Part shown: piece after piece, positions 1 through 10,119 of the stretch
Numbering within the stretch: the first letter of the stretch is position 1
How the letters are laid out: the number at the start of each line of letters is the position of its first letter
DNA from: a bacterium
GTDB lineage: Bacteria; Patescibacteriota; Dojkabacteria; JAKAPS01; JAJZLI01
Assembly (NCBI GenBank): GCA_021810605.1
Contig: JAJZIL010000001.1
Coordinates: 604-64,603 of the forward strand
Reading direction: 5' to 3'
DNA: 64,000 bases
Notes under the pieces: generated by a model
The model's input: only the letters and a program-made list of their open reading frames with translations
What the model was told of the DNA's origin: nothing
Database searches by the model: none
Translations under genes and position numbers: made by a program

Positions 1-68
1 GGACTTGTACCAAAGAGTACGAATCCTCCCAATATATATATAATTTCAATAATTTTCTTAATTTTCAT
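1..68 (-). CDS. 5' part of an exported/membrane protein running off the window edge, possibly a further pilin-array member
   Basis: Manual translation from ATG at 68: MKIKKIIEIIYILGGFVLFGTS..., a basic N-terminus plus hydrophobic stretch, like the 499..1011 pilin (MKIKNF...). Confidence 0.5.
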   Translation of the reverse strand, partial: MKIKKIIEIIYILGGFVLFGTS

Positions 69-154
69 AATAAAAAGCTAGGATACAATAAAAATACCTA
101 TTAGTCAAGTATACTATAAGTTTATTAATGTTTAGTGAAGATATATTTGAGAGA

Positions 155-496
155 TTATATATTTGAGAGATTGAATCTTAATGTAGTACCATTTATGAAG
201 TTTGTTGAAAAACTATTATTTGCAACAAAACTTCCAATAAATACAATTACTATATATGCCATAACTATAACTACTAAACCTAGTACTGCATACATTAATC
301 CCTGTTGTGCTTTCTGTTTTAATTCAGGATTGACACCACTAAATAAATACCTAATACCATTCCAGATTATCACTATAAATAAGACTAAAGTAATAAAATC
401 ATAAAGAAGACCTATTACTATTCCGAAATATCCTACTAATTGATATAAATGTGGAGTAGATGCTTGATTAATAGGAATATTATTATTTGCTGACAT
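155..496 (-). CDS. VirB2/TrbC-like (T4SS_pilin-type) pilin
   Basis: Two hydrophobic helices joined by GIRYLFSGVNPELKQKAQQGLMYAVLGL, the typical pilin hairpin signature. Confidence 0.8.
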   Translation of the reverse strand: MSANNNIPINQASTPHLYQLVGYFGIVIGLLYDFITLVLFIVIIWNGIRYLFSGVNPELKQKAQQGLMYAVLGLVVIVMAYIVIVFIGSFVANNSFSTNFINGTTLRFNLSNI

Positions 497-498
497 AA

Positions 499-1011
499 TT
501 ATTTAATACTACAATTAGAGCTTATTGGATTACTTGTAAATAGGGATCCTCCTACACCTAAAACACTTGTAACTATCTCAACTATCAAAAATGATCCAGC
601 TACAATGACAATCCCAAGTATTGCATGAATTATTGCAGTTTGAGCAGATGCGATTTTTTCTTTATCTCCTCCTGCAGTAATAATTTTAATTCCAGATAAG
701 ATTAGCATTACAAAAAAGGCTAATCCAGCTACAGAAAATAAGCCTACTATTATAGTACTTATAGTAGTTGATATTGAAGAACAACTACTAGGGATATTAC
801 TTGATGGTAAAAAATTACAATTACCTCCGCTAGGATTTCCTCCTAAAATAGTACAAGAACTTCCTCCTACAGATGTAGTAGATATAGTTTGTCTTGAAGA
901 TTGTATTCCTGTCTCAACTTTAGAGACTGCCATTGCATAATTAGGAGTTTTTAGGATAAAAACAAAAGTGAATAGGATCGCAAATACAAATAAAAAATTT
1001 TTTATCTTCAT
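499..1011 (-). CDS. VirB2/TrbC-like pilin with signal peptide and Cys/Ser-rich N-region
   Basis: SGIKIITAGGDKEKIASAQTAIIHAILGIVIV motif; signal-like N-terminus ending YAMA. Confidence 0.85.
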   Translation of the reverse strand: MKIKNFLFVFAILFTFVFILKTPNYAMAVSKVETGIQSSRQTISTTSVGGSSCTILGGNPSGGNCNFLPSSNIPSSCSSISTTISTIIVGLFSVAGLAFFVMLILSGIKIITAGGDKEKIASAQTAIIHAILGIVIVAGSFLIVEIVTSVLGVGGSLFTSNPISSNCSIK

Positions 1012-1766
1012 AAAGTGTGTATTAAGACTAAACTTATAATATAAGCAAGTATTATTATACTAGCACCGATAATAGCTCCAGTCAATACAGATTTAGCTTT
1101 TTCTACTTTATTACTGTCTCCACTAGAAGTCATAAATAAAAATCCTGCATATGATATTAACCCTAAAACTATAACCCCAATAAGGCCATATAATATTGGT
1201 AAAACTATTCCTAGTAATGTAGAAATTATATTTGAAGTTCCAACTGTCCCTCCTAAAGGATCTGAAATACTCCCAGTAGGAAGAGAAGTTACTCTGTGCT
1301 TACCTGAGCCTGAGGAGGAAGTTGGTAATATAGGATTATAAACCTGATAATAATGGCATCCAATGTGACCTATACAACTAGAAACAAGACCACTTGGTTC
1401 AGTATAAACAATTACAGTTCCTGCAGGTAAATTATAAAAATTAGAATTTAAATTTGGCTGAGTACAATTAATCAAGTTACCTAAAACTCCCTGAGGAGAA
1501 ATAGTTATCCCAATAAAACCTCCTGAATCAGATATAGCTTCTACATAATGAATTTCTCCATTACTTGAAGTACCATGATCTATTCCATATTGTAATTCTC
1601 CACACGAAGTTATTGAAGTTAAATTAGTTGAAGAAGTTGTAATTACACTACTAGCATGAATTAAATTATTCCCTCCTGAAAAAATACTAACTACATAAAA
1701 AAAGATTGATATAATTAGTAAAACTGAGAATAACCTACTTATTAAAAATTTTAATAAACTATTCAT
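1008..1766 (-). CDS. Pilin-domain protein with extended extracellular N-terminal domain
   Basis: C-terminal AGFLFMTSSGDSNKVEKAKSVLTGAIIGA hairpin; about 150-aa Cys-containing domain upstream. Confidence 0.8.
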   Translation of the reverse strand: MNSLLKFLISRLFSVLLIISIFFYVVSIFSGGNNLIHASSVITTSSTNLTSITSCGELQYGIDHGTSSNGEIHYVEAISDSGGFIGITISPQGVLGNLINCTQPNLNSNFYNLPAGTVIVYTEPSGLVSSCIGHIGCHYYQVYNPILPTSSSGSGKHRVTSLPTGSISDPLGGTVGTSNIISTLLGIVLPILYGLIGVIVLGLISYAGFLFMTSSGDSNKVEKAKSVLTGAIIGASIIILAYIISLVLIHTL

Positions 1767-1818
1767 AAATATTTATTTTATAAACTAATATATAACATAT
1801 GTTACTTACCTTATTCAT

Positions 1819-2157
1819 TTATAATAATCCATTAAATATAGGTACTGCACTTGATAATACCTTAATTATAATTCCTGCAAAAACTATTAATGTTAGACCT
1901 ATTATTGCATATATAAGAGTACTTTGAGCTTTTGAAACTTTCTCTCTACTCCCATTTGAAGTAATAATTCTTATTCCTGATACTATAATAAGAACAAAGA
2001 ATACTATACCTACTATAAAATAAAATAAATTAAATATTGAACTAAATATATTAGTTAAACTTAAAGCATTACCAAAAGGACTTGTAATAGTAACTGAACA
2101 CTGAGAATTACTACATTGAGCAAAGACAGGGTTTATTATGTTTATATATTTTTCCAT
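1819..2157 (-). CDS. VirB2/TrbC-like pilin
   Basis: SGIRIITSNGSREKVSKAQSTLIYAIIGL motif; PVFAQ leader. Confidence 0.85.
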   Translation of the reverse strand: MEKYINIINPVFAQCSNSQCSVTITSPFGNALSLTNIFSSIFNLFYFIVGIVFFVLIIVSGIRIITSNGSREKVSKAQSTLIYAIIGLTLIVFAGIIIKVLSSAVPIFNGLL

Positions 2158-2158
2158 A

Positions 2159-3004
2159 CTATAAATATTGTAAAAATTGAATATTAAATATTGCTCCTAT
2201 TGATGTAAGTATTATAAATGCAAATATTATAACAAGTAACCCAATTATTGATTTTGTCATAAGACTCTTTCCTCGCCCTAATTTTTCTGGATCTCCTCCA
2301 GATACCATAATTAAGTATCCAGCAAATATTATAACCGCAAATGCAAGCATAAAAGCTAAAGTAAGTACTATTTTATACACAAAATTTATTACCCCATATA
2401 AAGAAGTATCTATACATCCAAAATCAGTATATATATACTGATATGTACTTCCTCCCTTACTTACACAAGATATACATTGTGAATTTCCCCCACATGCAGA
2501 ACTAACTGAATATTTAGATGTTGAATTTGATGTTGAAGTACTAGTAGGTTTATAAAAATAGATAATAAAATTATTAGTTCCTTGAATTAAGGTGGCAAGA
2601 GATTCTACAGATGAAATATTTCCAACATTAATTTGATTAACAGTAGTATTATTTACCTTACAGTAAGAATTTACAACATTAGCAGAACTATTTATTTTTA
2701 GATACACAGTAACAATAAGATTTCCTACTTTACTACTATTAGAAATTTCAGTAACAGGGATAATAAAATTTGATCCTATTCCTGAACTAGAAATTGAGGA
2801 CACATTTAAATTCGAACTATTTGAATTATTAATAAGAGCTGAAGAAACCTGAGCAAAAGATTGACAAGTAACATAATTCTTAGTACTTGCATAAATTTTA
2901 CTAATATTATTATCTATTAATATATTAAACCCAGATAAAAATAATCCTACAGTTAATAAAATTAATAAAAATCTATACCCTATTTTTTTTAATAAACTAT
3001 TCAT
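2159..3004 (-). CDS. Pilin-domain protein with extended Ser/Asn-rich N-terminal domain
   Basis: C-terminal AGYLIMVSGGDPEKLGRGKSLMTKSIIGL, preceded by CxxC...YTDFGCIDT. Confidence 0.85.
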   Translation of the reverse strand: MNSLLKKIGYRFLLILLTVGLFLSGFNILIDNNISKIYASTKNYVTCQSFAQVSSALINNSNSSNLNVSSISSSGIGSNFIIPVTEISNSSKVGNLIVTVYLKINSSANVVNSYCKVNNTTVNQINVGNISSVESLATLIQGTNNFIIYFYKPTSTSTSNSTSKYSVSSACGGNSQCISCVSKGGSTYQYIYTDFGCIDTSLYGVINFVYKIVLTLAFMLAFAVIIFAGYLIMVSGGDPEKLGRGKSLMTKSIIGLLVIIFAFIILTSIGAIFNIQFLQYL

Positions 3005-3051
3005 AAATAATTGTATAAACGATACATTATACTATAAAATATAACATATGT

Positions 3052-5784
3052 TTATCTTTTATAACATAGACTTCTGTACTCACAATAAGTGCAAGCAAAA
3101 GAAGGTGTAGCTTTTACCTCTAATTCCCTTATCTTTACAATAAGGTCTATGACTTCATTCTTTACCCTATCTATATCAATTTTATCATAATTTATTGTTA
3201 TTTCTTTACCTTCATCTATAAATATAAGTTTTAAATCTTTTATCTCTTTTTTAAATTTCTCTTTTACTAGTATTGAGTAAATTCCAAGTTGCATATTAGA
3301 TGAGCTCGTATCCTGACTAGAAGAGCTTCCAGTTTTATAATCTATAATAGAAACTGTTCCATCTTCTAAAAAATCTAATCTATCTAACCTACCATTAATA
3401 GGATATATTTGATCCATAAATAAATCTATATTCTCTTCATAAGAGTTACTTAACCCTCTAGGTTTAATAAGCTCAATATTATTTTTTATTGATTCCAATC
3501 CTTTTTTCTTATAACTATCAATATGCTCTTTACTTCTAAAAACCGAAAGATTAACTCTTTCCCAACGAGCATTATAAATATTATCTAAAAGATCTATATT
3601 AAGTATATTTCTATCTCTCTGTAAATACTGTTTGAGAGTATCATGTATAAGATTACCATACTCGAATACTAATTTAGGCTGTTTTTTAACTCTTAATATA
3701 TATTCATAATAATACTGCAATGGACATGTTTTAAATAGGTTTAATTGAGAATAAGAATATTTCTGAGGAATAGAATTCTCTGGAATAAAAAAATCTGGAT
3801 CTATATATGTACTCTTTTCACTTTTATTATCTAAATTAATTCTTTCAGTTTTTTTATGAAATCCAGTAAGAAATATACTCTTATCTTTTTTAGTCTTATT
3901 TCCCTCATACATATCTGAATAGCTAAGATATACACTCTTCTTTGCTCTAGTTAATGCCACAAAAAAAAGTCTTTTTTCTTCCTCAATAAATGATTCTTCT
4001 TCTGGAACAGATTCATGTAATAAAGATGAATTTATTCCTATATCTCCACCTCTATTTCTAGTTGGAAACCTATCTTTTACAAGATATGGTATAAATACAT
4101 ATTCAAATTCTAAACCTTTAACTGAATGAATAGTTGATATAGTAACACTATCAAAATTTACATCTTCAGAAATATCATCATCTATAGAAGATATTTTATC
4201 AATATTTTTTATATATTTAGAAAAATACTCTACATTATTCTCTTGCAACTTTTCTATAATAGCAATAAATCTATCTAAATTAGACCTCTTTACTATGGAA
4301 TCATTTTTTTTGTGTAAGAAGTCAAAATAAAAACTAGAATCTAAAAATTCGTTTATCTTATCTAGAATAGCTATATCTTTATCTAAAAGTCTAGATAAGA
4401 TATTATATACGTTTATTATTTTATTAGTTTTAAAAGAATATTCATCAGATTTAGATTCTACAATTTTAGATAATCCTTCAAAATATGATTTTCCCTTAAA
4501 ATTAGTATTTAAAAAATCTATTATACCTGCAAATTCTTCCTTAGAAATGTTGAAACTCTCTATACTAAGAATCCTTAAAAAAGATATATTATCAGAGGAA
4601 TTCTCTGAAAAATATACTACTGAAGATAAATCTTTAAATTCTTGAGACATCTCAAATGTAGAAGATCCTCTAAGATATATTGGGATATTATATTTAATAA
4701 ATAATTCAGCAAAATCATTTATATAAGAATTCGACCTTAGAAGTATTGCTATATCAGAAAATTTTATACCATTGTTATGCATCTTTATAATTTCATCTTT
4801 TATATAATTAACCTCCTGAGTATTTTTATTAAAATTAAGAATTCTAATATCATCTTTATTACTTCCCTTTACTGATTTCAAAGTATTAGAATCTCCTATA
4901 AAAGAATAAGCTTCATCTATAATTTCTTGATATGATCTATAATTATAATCCAAAGTATACTCAATACTATCAGCAAAAAATTTTTTAAATGTATTGAAAT
5001 TTGATAGTGCAGCACCTCTAAATTTATATATAGATTGATTCTTATCTCCTACTACAGTAATATTTGAAGCAAGCTTTAAAATAAGCTGATTTTGTATATA
5101 ATTTGTATCTTGAAATTCATCTACAAGTATATATTTATATCTCTCTTTATATTTTTTTAAAATATTGGGATTTTTTTCAAAAATCTTTAATACAAGATAT
5201 ATCAAATCATTAAATTCTAGCTTTGATTCTTCTATTTTAAGTTGTAAATATTTCTCATATAGATATGATAATTCTTCAAAATATTCATCTTTATTTTTAA
5301 GATTTATAAACTCTTCAGGAGAAATATATTCATCTTCAAGTTTTGAAAAAAATTCTAAGATCTTATCGATCTCTTTATCAGGATTTGAAAGTGGTCTTAA
5401 TATATTAATATCAAAATCAAATATATGATCTGATAGAAAAACGAAACTCTCCATTCTATCCATAACTATAAAATCTTTTTTAAGATCAAAAAACTTATAA
5501 TTTTCTCTAAGTATTTTCTCTGCTAGAGAATGAAAAGTCTCTATATTTACTTCACTAAAAAGACCTAGAGTATCCGAAAGTCTATTTTTTATTTCTTCTG
5601 CAGCTTTCTTTGAAAATGTAACAGCAAGTATACTATTTTCAGTAAAACCCTTAGTGATAAGATATTTTATTTTTTCAATTATAAGAAAAGTTTTCCCAGT
5701 GCCAGGACCAGCATTCACAATAACTGGCGAAGATATGTTACATACAGCTTGTTTTTGAATATCATTTAAATTCATATAATTCAA
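3052..5784 (-). CDS. UvrD/PcrA-family SF1 helicase fused to C-terminal PD-(D/E)XK nuclease (AdnB/AddA-like)
   Basis: AGPGTGKT, VDEFQD, STIHSVKGLEF, EEKRLFFVALTRAK; C-terminal GRLDRLD..IIDYKTG, QLGIY, and Cys pattern TCP...CTYCEYRSLC. True start may be ATG at 5775. Confidence 0.92.
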   Translation of the reverse strand: MNYMNLNDIQKQAVCNISSPVIVNAGPGTGKTFLIIEKIKYLITKGFTENSILAVTFSKKAAEEIKNRLSDTLGLFSEVNIETFHSLAEKILRENYKFFDLKKDFIVMDRMESFVFLSDHIFDFDINILRPLSNPDKEIDKILEFFSKLEDEYISPEEFINLKNKDEYFEELSYLYEKYLQLKIEESKLEFNDLIYLVLKIFEKNPNILKKYKERYKYILVDEFQDTNYIQNQLILKLASNITVVGDKNQSIYKFRGAALSNFNTFKKFFADSIEYTLDYNYRSYQEIIDEAYSFIGDSNTLKSVKGSNKDDIRILNFNKNTQEVNYIKDEIIKMHNNGIKFSDIAILLRSNSYINDFAELFIKYNIPIYLRGSSTFEMSQEFKDLSSVVYFSENSSDNISFLRILSIESFNISKEEFAGIIDFLNTNFKGKSYFEGLSKIVESKSDEYSFKTNKIINVYNILSRLLDKDIAILDKINEFLDSSFYFDFLHKKNDSIVKRSNLDRFIAIIEKLQENNVEYFSKYIKNIDKISSIDDDISEDVNFDSVTISTIHSVKGLEFEYVFIPYLVKDRFPTRNRGGDIGINSSLLHESVPEEESFIEEEKRLFFVALTRAKKSVYLSYSDMYEGNKTKKDKSIFLTGFHKKTERINLDNKSEKSTYIDPDFFIPENSIPQKYSYSQLNLFKTCPLQYYYEYILRVKKQPKLVFEYGNLIHDTLKQYLQRDRNILNIDLLDNIYNARWERVNLSVFRSKEHIDSYKKKGLESIKNNIELIKPRGLSNSYEENIDLFMDQIYPINGRLDRLDFLEDGTVSIIDYKTGSSSSQDTSSSNMQLGIYSILVKEKFKKEIKDLKLIFIDEGKEITINYDKIDIDRVKNEVIDLIVKIRELEVKATPSFACTYCEYRSLCYKR

Positions 5785-6020
5785 AATTATATTATAAAAT
5801 CAAGATAATTTTCTTTTATTATAATATCTAGATTAATATTAAGATACATAGAAAACATCCTCTTCGATATTGTAGTTAAAATAGTAGATTTTGGATATAT
5901 ATTAGATTTTTTTGAATTTTCTGAACTCATTAAATCTTTTAATAAATAAGATCCTTTAGAATCAATTATATTAAAAGTAATAACTGTCTTGATATGAAGG
6001 ATAAATATATCTATATATTC

Positions 6021-6052
6021 CATAATACTGCCAGATAACTGACAGTATTATG
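6021..6052 (-). terminator. 14-bp stem hairpin downstream of groEL, probable terminator
   Basis: Minus strand CATAATACTGTCAG-TTAT-CTGGCAGTATTATG; the single mismatch is a G-U pair only on the minus strand. No strong U-tract. Confidence 0.6.
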
Positions 6053-6087
6053 TGCAATATATTTACTTATTTCAAGTTGTAGATGTT

Positions 6088-7749
6088 TTACATCATACCA
6101 CCCATTCCTCCCATTCCACCCATATCAGGTGATGCAGGAGATTCTGGTTGAGGAATATCAACTATCACAGCATCTATTGTAAGATACATTGAAGCTACTG
6201 ATGCAGCATTCTCAATTGCAAGTCTAGTTACTTTTACAGGATCAATAATACCAGCTTTAATCATATCCAATTGATCCTCACCTGTAAAAACATTATAACC
6301 TTTTCCATTCCCAACAGATGATCTTACAATAGCTTGTCCAGATACATCTGGAGATCCTGCATTATCAATAATTTGTATTGCAGGATATTCTAATGCTCTT
6401 TTTACTATATCTACTCCAACCATCTCCTCAATAGATAAATCTTTTAATTTTGCCTTACCTTCTGCACTATTTAGATAAATTTTTGCATTAACTAAAGCTA
6501 CTCCACCTCCAGCAACAATACCTTCTTTAACTGCAGCTCTTGTAGCTGATAAAGCATCTTCTATCCTATCTTTCTTCTCTTTTAACTCAACTTCAGTAGC
6601 TGCTCCAACTTTTAATACTGCAACTCCTCCTACAAACTTAGCAACTCTCTCTTGTAATTTTTCTTTATCATAATCTGAAGTTGTATCATCAATCTGTTTT
6701 CTTAAACTTTCAACTCTATTTTCTATATCAGCTTTCTTTCCAGCTCCATCTATTATAGTTGTATCATCTTTAGTTATAACTACCTTTTTACATCTACCTA
6801 AATCTTCAATTTCAGTAGTATCCAATTTTAAACCAATCTCTTCAGAAATTAATTTTCCTCCAGTTAAAATAGCTATATCTTCTAACATAGCTTTCTTTCT
6901 ATCACCAAAACCAGGAGCTTTTACTGCAGCAACATTTATAATACCTCTAAGTTTATTAACTATTAAAGTAGCTAGAGCTTCTCCTTCTAGATCTTCAGTA
7001 ATAATAAGTAAATCCTTTTTACCAGACTGAACTAATTTTTCAATAATAGGTAGTAAATCTTTTATTGCTGAAATTTTAATATCTGTTATAAGTATATATG
7101 GATCTTCTAATACAGATTCTTGTCTTTCAGAATCTGTTACAAAATATGGAGATACATAACCTCTATCGAAATTCATACCTTCAACATGCTCAATTGCATT
7201 CTCTATTGTTCTAGAATCTTCAACAGTTATAACTCCATCCTCTCCAACTTTTTCCATTGTCTCACCAATAAGTTTTCCTATCTCACTATCATTATTAGCA
7301 GAAACAGTAGCAACTTGAACTTTCTCCTCTAGAGAAGATATTTGTTTTGCTTGTTTCTTTAAGTTTTCAACAACAATCTCAACAGCTCTATCTATTCCTC
7401 TTTTAATTGACATCGGATTAGTTCCTGCAGCAACATTTTTAACTCCTTCAGTAATTATAGCTTGAGCTAGAATTGTAGCTGTAGTAGTTCCATCTCCTGC
7501 AAGATCTGCAGTCTTTACAGCAGCCTCTTTTATAAGTGATGCACCAACATTTTCAATTGGATCTTCTAATTCAATTTCTTTAGCTACACTAACTCCATCT
7601 TTAGTAACGTGTGGAGATCCATAACTTTTTCCAATAGCAACTAATCTGCCTTTTGGACCTAATGTTATTTTTACAGAATCAGCAAGTGTATCTATACCAA
7701 CTTTTATTTTTGCTCTTGCTTCTTCGTTTAATACTACTTTTTTTGCCAT
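6088..7749 (-). CDS. groEL: Chaperonin GroEL
   Basis: [27 protein letters not shown]-terminal [10 protein letters not shown]. Confidence 0.99.
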   Translation of the reverse strand: MAKKVVLNEEARAKIKVGIDTLADSVKITLGPKGRLVAIGKSYGSPHVTKDGVSVAKEIELEDPIENVGASLIKEAAVKTADLAGDGTTTATILAQAIITEGVKNVAAGTNPMSIKRGIDRAVEIVVENLKKQAKQISSLEEKVQVATVSANNDSEIGKLIGETMEKVGEDGVITVEDSRTIENAIEHVEGMNFDRGYVSPYFVTDSERQESVLEDPYILITDIKISAIKDLLPIIEKLVQSGKKDLLIITEDLEGEALATLIVNKLRGIINVAAVKAPGFGDRKKAMLEDIAILTGGKLISEEIGLKLDTTEIEDLGRCKKVVITKDDTTIIDGAGKKADIENRVESLRKQIDDTTSDYDKEKLQERVAKFVGGVAVLKVGAATEVELKEKKDRIEDALSATRAAVKEGIVAGGGVALVNAKIYLNSAEGKAKLKDLSIEEMVGVDIVKRALEYPAIQIIDNAGSPDVSGQAIVRSSVGNGKGYNVFTGEDQLDMIKAGIIDPVKVTRLAIENAASVASMYLTIDAVIVDIPQPESPASPDMGGMGGMGGMM

Positions 7750-7774
7750 AATAAAAATTTATCTAAAATAATAA

Positions 7775-8089
7775 TTATTGAATAATACCTAATACATCAT
7801 CTTCTGAAAGTATTAAATACTCTTCTTCATCTAAACTAAATTCAGTAGGAGAATATTTTTTAAATAAAATTTGATCTCCAATCTTGACTGTAAAAGGAAT
7901 TTTTTCTCCTTTTTTATTCTTTCTTCCCTCCCCTAAAGCAATTACTGTTCCTCTTTGAGGAGATTCTTTTGACACAGTATCAGGAATAAAAATTCCTGTC
8001 TTTGTTTTATTTTCTTCAACAATAGGCTTTACAACAATCTTATCTCCTATTGGTTTAATATTTAAACTGTTTGACATATTTTTGTACAA
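7775..8089 (-). CDS. groES: Co-chaperonin GroES
   Basis: IKPIGDKIVV, KTGIFIPD, YLILSEDDVLG; directly upstream of groEL. Likely start is ATG at 8077. Confidence 0.98.
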   Translation of the reverse strand: MYKNMSNSLNIKPIGDKIVVKPIVEENKTKTGIFIPDTVSKESPQRGTVIALGEGRKNKKGEKIPFTVKIGDQILFKKYSPTEFSLDEEEYLILSEDDVLGIIQ

Positions 8090-8101
8090 GATAATATAAA
8101 T

Positions 8102-8128
8102 TTAGCAATATAATAATTTGTTTGCTAG
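8102..8128. promoter_or_regulatory. Degenerate CIRCE (HrcA operator)
   Basis: TTAGCAata-N9-gttTGCTAG versus consensus TTAGCACTC-N9-GAGTGCTAA, correct spacing, immediately upstream of groES. Confidence 0.75.
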
Positions 8129-8132
8129 AGTA

Positions 8133-8162
8133 ATATTAGCAGATGTACAAAGCCCTTGTCAA
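8133..8162 (-). promoter_or_regulatory. Sigma70-type promoter of groESL
   Basis: TTGACA (8162-8157), 18-nt spacer, TAATAT (8138-8133), just upstream of the CIRCE. Confidence 0.55.
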
Positions 8163-8181
8163 TATACATCTATACTAGAAT

Positions 8182-9990
8182 TTAGATCTCAGGAGAATTA
8201 GATATACTATCATCTACACCTGAACCTCCCTTAAATCTCTTTCCATATATAAAATCTCTAAATGTATATACTGTACGAGTTAATAAATCCATATCTGGAT
8301 CGTTTAGTACAAAGGATGAAATTATATATGCAGATAATCCAATATATACTGTTATTAAGAATAGGAATATGATATCTACTGTTTTAGCTGTATTAAATAT
8401 TGTTGAAAGTAATTTATATACTGAATACATTATTATAGACATAAAAAACCCACTAAAAAGTTTTTTTATAGCAGGAGAATAAAAATCTTTAAAAGAAAAT
8501 CCTTTTAATTTCTTTGATAATAGATATACTAATACTAATACATTTAATGTTACTGCTATAGCAGATGCAAACCCTAATCCTCCTATAGCCTTCCAAGTAA
8601 ATTTACTATTAAAATGAATATAGTTATTAATATTAAATAGATTCCCTATTGTAGAAGATACTACTGGGAAATTTCCAAATACTCTAACAAAATATAGAGC
8701 TAGTACAACATTCAAAAGAAATGTAACAATCTCAACTATTACTGGAGTTTTCGTATCTTTTAGAGAATAAAAAGCCCTTATAAGTATAGATAATACAGAT
8801 TGTCCAATTATAGAAAGTGATAAGAATAAGAGTATCCAAGACGTAAGGATTGTATCATTCCAACCAAACTTACTATTCGAACCTGGCCCTAAAATTAACC
8901 TTACTATTGGAAGCCTTAGTACAAGAATCATAACAAATATCGGGATTACAAAAAATAATGTTTGATTTATAGTTTTTGAAACAGTTTTTTTAAAAGTATC
9001 TATCATATTTCCAGATGACTCTTCTGCAAGTGTAGGAAAAGATGCTTGAGCAAAACTCCAACCTACTACTGCCACAGGAAAGAGATATAAACTAGATGCC
9101 CAATTAAATGCAGTTAGAGATCCAGGAACTAATGCAAAAGCAACAAAAGATTCTACAAAATATGCTAATTGAGAAAAAGCTATTCCTATGAATCTTGGAA
9201 AAGATAGTACAAATAACTCTTTAACATATTTATTTTTTAATTTTAGTATCTCAGATTTATAATTAAATCCAAGATATTTTGCCACAGGAAATTGAACTAA
9301 TAAATGAAAAATACTCCCTAAAACTATACCCCAACATAATCCATAAATACCTAAAAATGGGGTAAAAAATAATATTCCTATAATAAAACCCAGATTATAT
9401 AATACTGTAGCAATTTGAGTTACAAGAAATCTTTTATATACCTGAAGAAGAGAACTGAAAATAAAAGATACCCCTAATATTATAGGGGATATAAATAAAA
9501 TCTGCATAAGAGATGCTATCAAAGAGATATCTGAATTTGAAAAACTTGGAATTGCAGAAGATCTATATGTAAATGCAAAATATACGAATAACTCTGCTAT
9601 TTCTTTTGCAAATATTATTCCTAATATACCCACAATAAGTAAAACTAAAGCAAATATATTTAAAAACGAATTAAATACTTTCCACATTGTTTTACTTTTC
9701 TTCTTATATACAAGTTCTCCTATAACTGGAATAAGAGCTGTGTTAAAAGATCCAAGTACTAAAATATTAAAAAATATTTGAGGAATTGAGTCTGCTGCAT
9801 AAAATATATCTAGACTACGTGATAAACCAAATATATTTGCAAGTAATGTAAGTTTGAAAAGACCTAAAATCTTAGATATAGCAGTTACAGCCATTATAAT
9901 AAAAGCTGCTGAAACTATTGTATTCTGTCTTTTAACAAAAAAAGACGTACTATTTTTCTGAATACTGCTAAAAAGATTTCTTATTGTCAT
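8182..9990 (-). CDS. murJ: Lipid II flippase MurJ (MviN)
   Basis: SKILGLFK..LANIFG, DIFYAADSIP, ALIPV, RAFYSLKDTKTPV; many TM helices. Confidence 0.93.
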   Translation of the reverse strand: MTIRNLFSSIQKNSTSFFVKRQNTIVSAAFIIMAVTAISKILGLFKLTLLANIFGLSRSLDIFYAADSIPQIFFNILVLGSFNTALIPVIGELVYKKKSKTMWKVFNSFLNIFALVLLIVGILGIIFAKEIAELFVYFAFTYRSSAIPSFSNSDISLIASLMQILFISPIILGVSFIFSSLLQVYKRFLVTQIATVLYNLGFIIGILFFTPFLGIYGLCWGIVLGSIFHLLVQFPVAKYLGFNYKSEILKLKNKYVKELFVLSFPRFIGIAFSQLAYFVESFVAFALVPGSLTAFNWASSLYLFPVAVVGWSFAQASFPTLAEESSGNMIDTFKKTVSKTINQTLFFVIPIFVMILVLRLPIVRLILGPGSNSKFGWNDTILTSWILLFLSLSIIGQSVLSILIRAFYSLKDTKTPVIVEIVTFLLNVVLALYFVRVFGNFPVVSSTIGNLFNINNYIHFNSKFTWKAIGGLGFASAIAVTLNVLVLVYLLSKKLKGFSFKDFYSPAIKKLFSGFFMSIIMYSVYKLLSTIFNTAKTVDIIFLFLITVYIGLSAYIISSFVLNDPDMDLLTRTVYTFRDFIYGKRFKGGSGVDDSISNSPEI

Positions 9991-10119
9991 AATTATTAAA
10001 GAATTTTAACAAAGTATAGCATTAAAATTTTTATTCTAAAAGTTATATTTTTATATCAAAAATTTGCAAAAATAAACAATAAAAATGATATAATAATAAA
10101 ATCATGTTTTAACAATTTA

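Noticed and set aside
5787-6023. 78-aa ORF between groEL and the helicase
   Set aside because: No recognisable motif, and its ATG lies inside the groEL downstream hairpin. It could be real but is not supportable.
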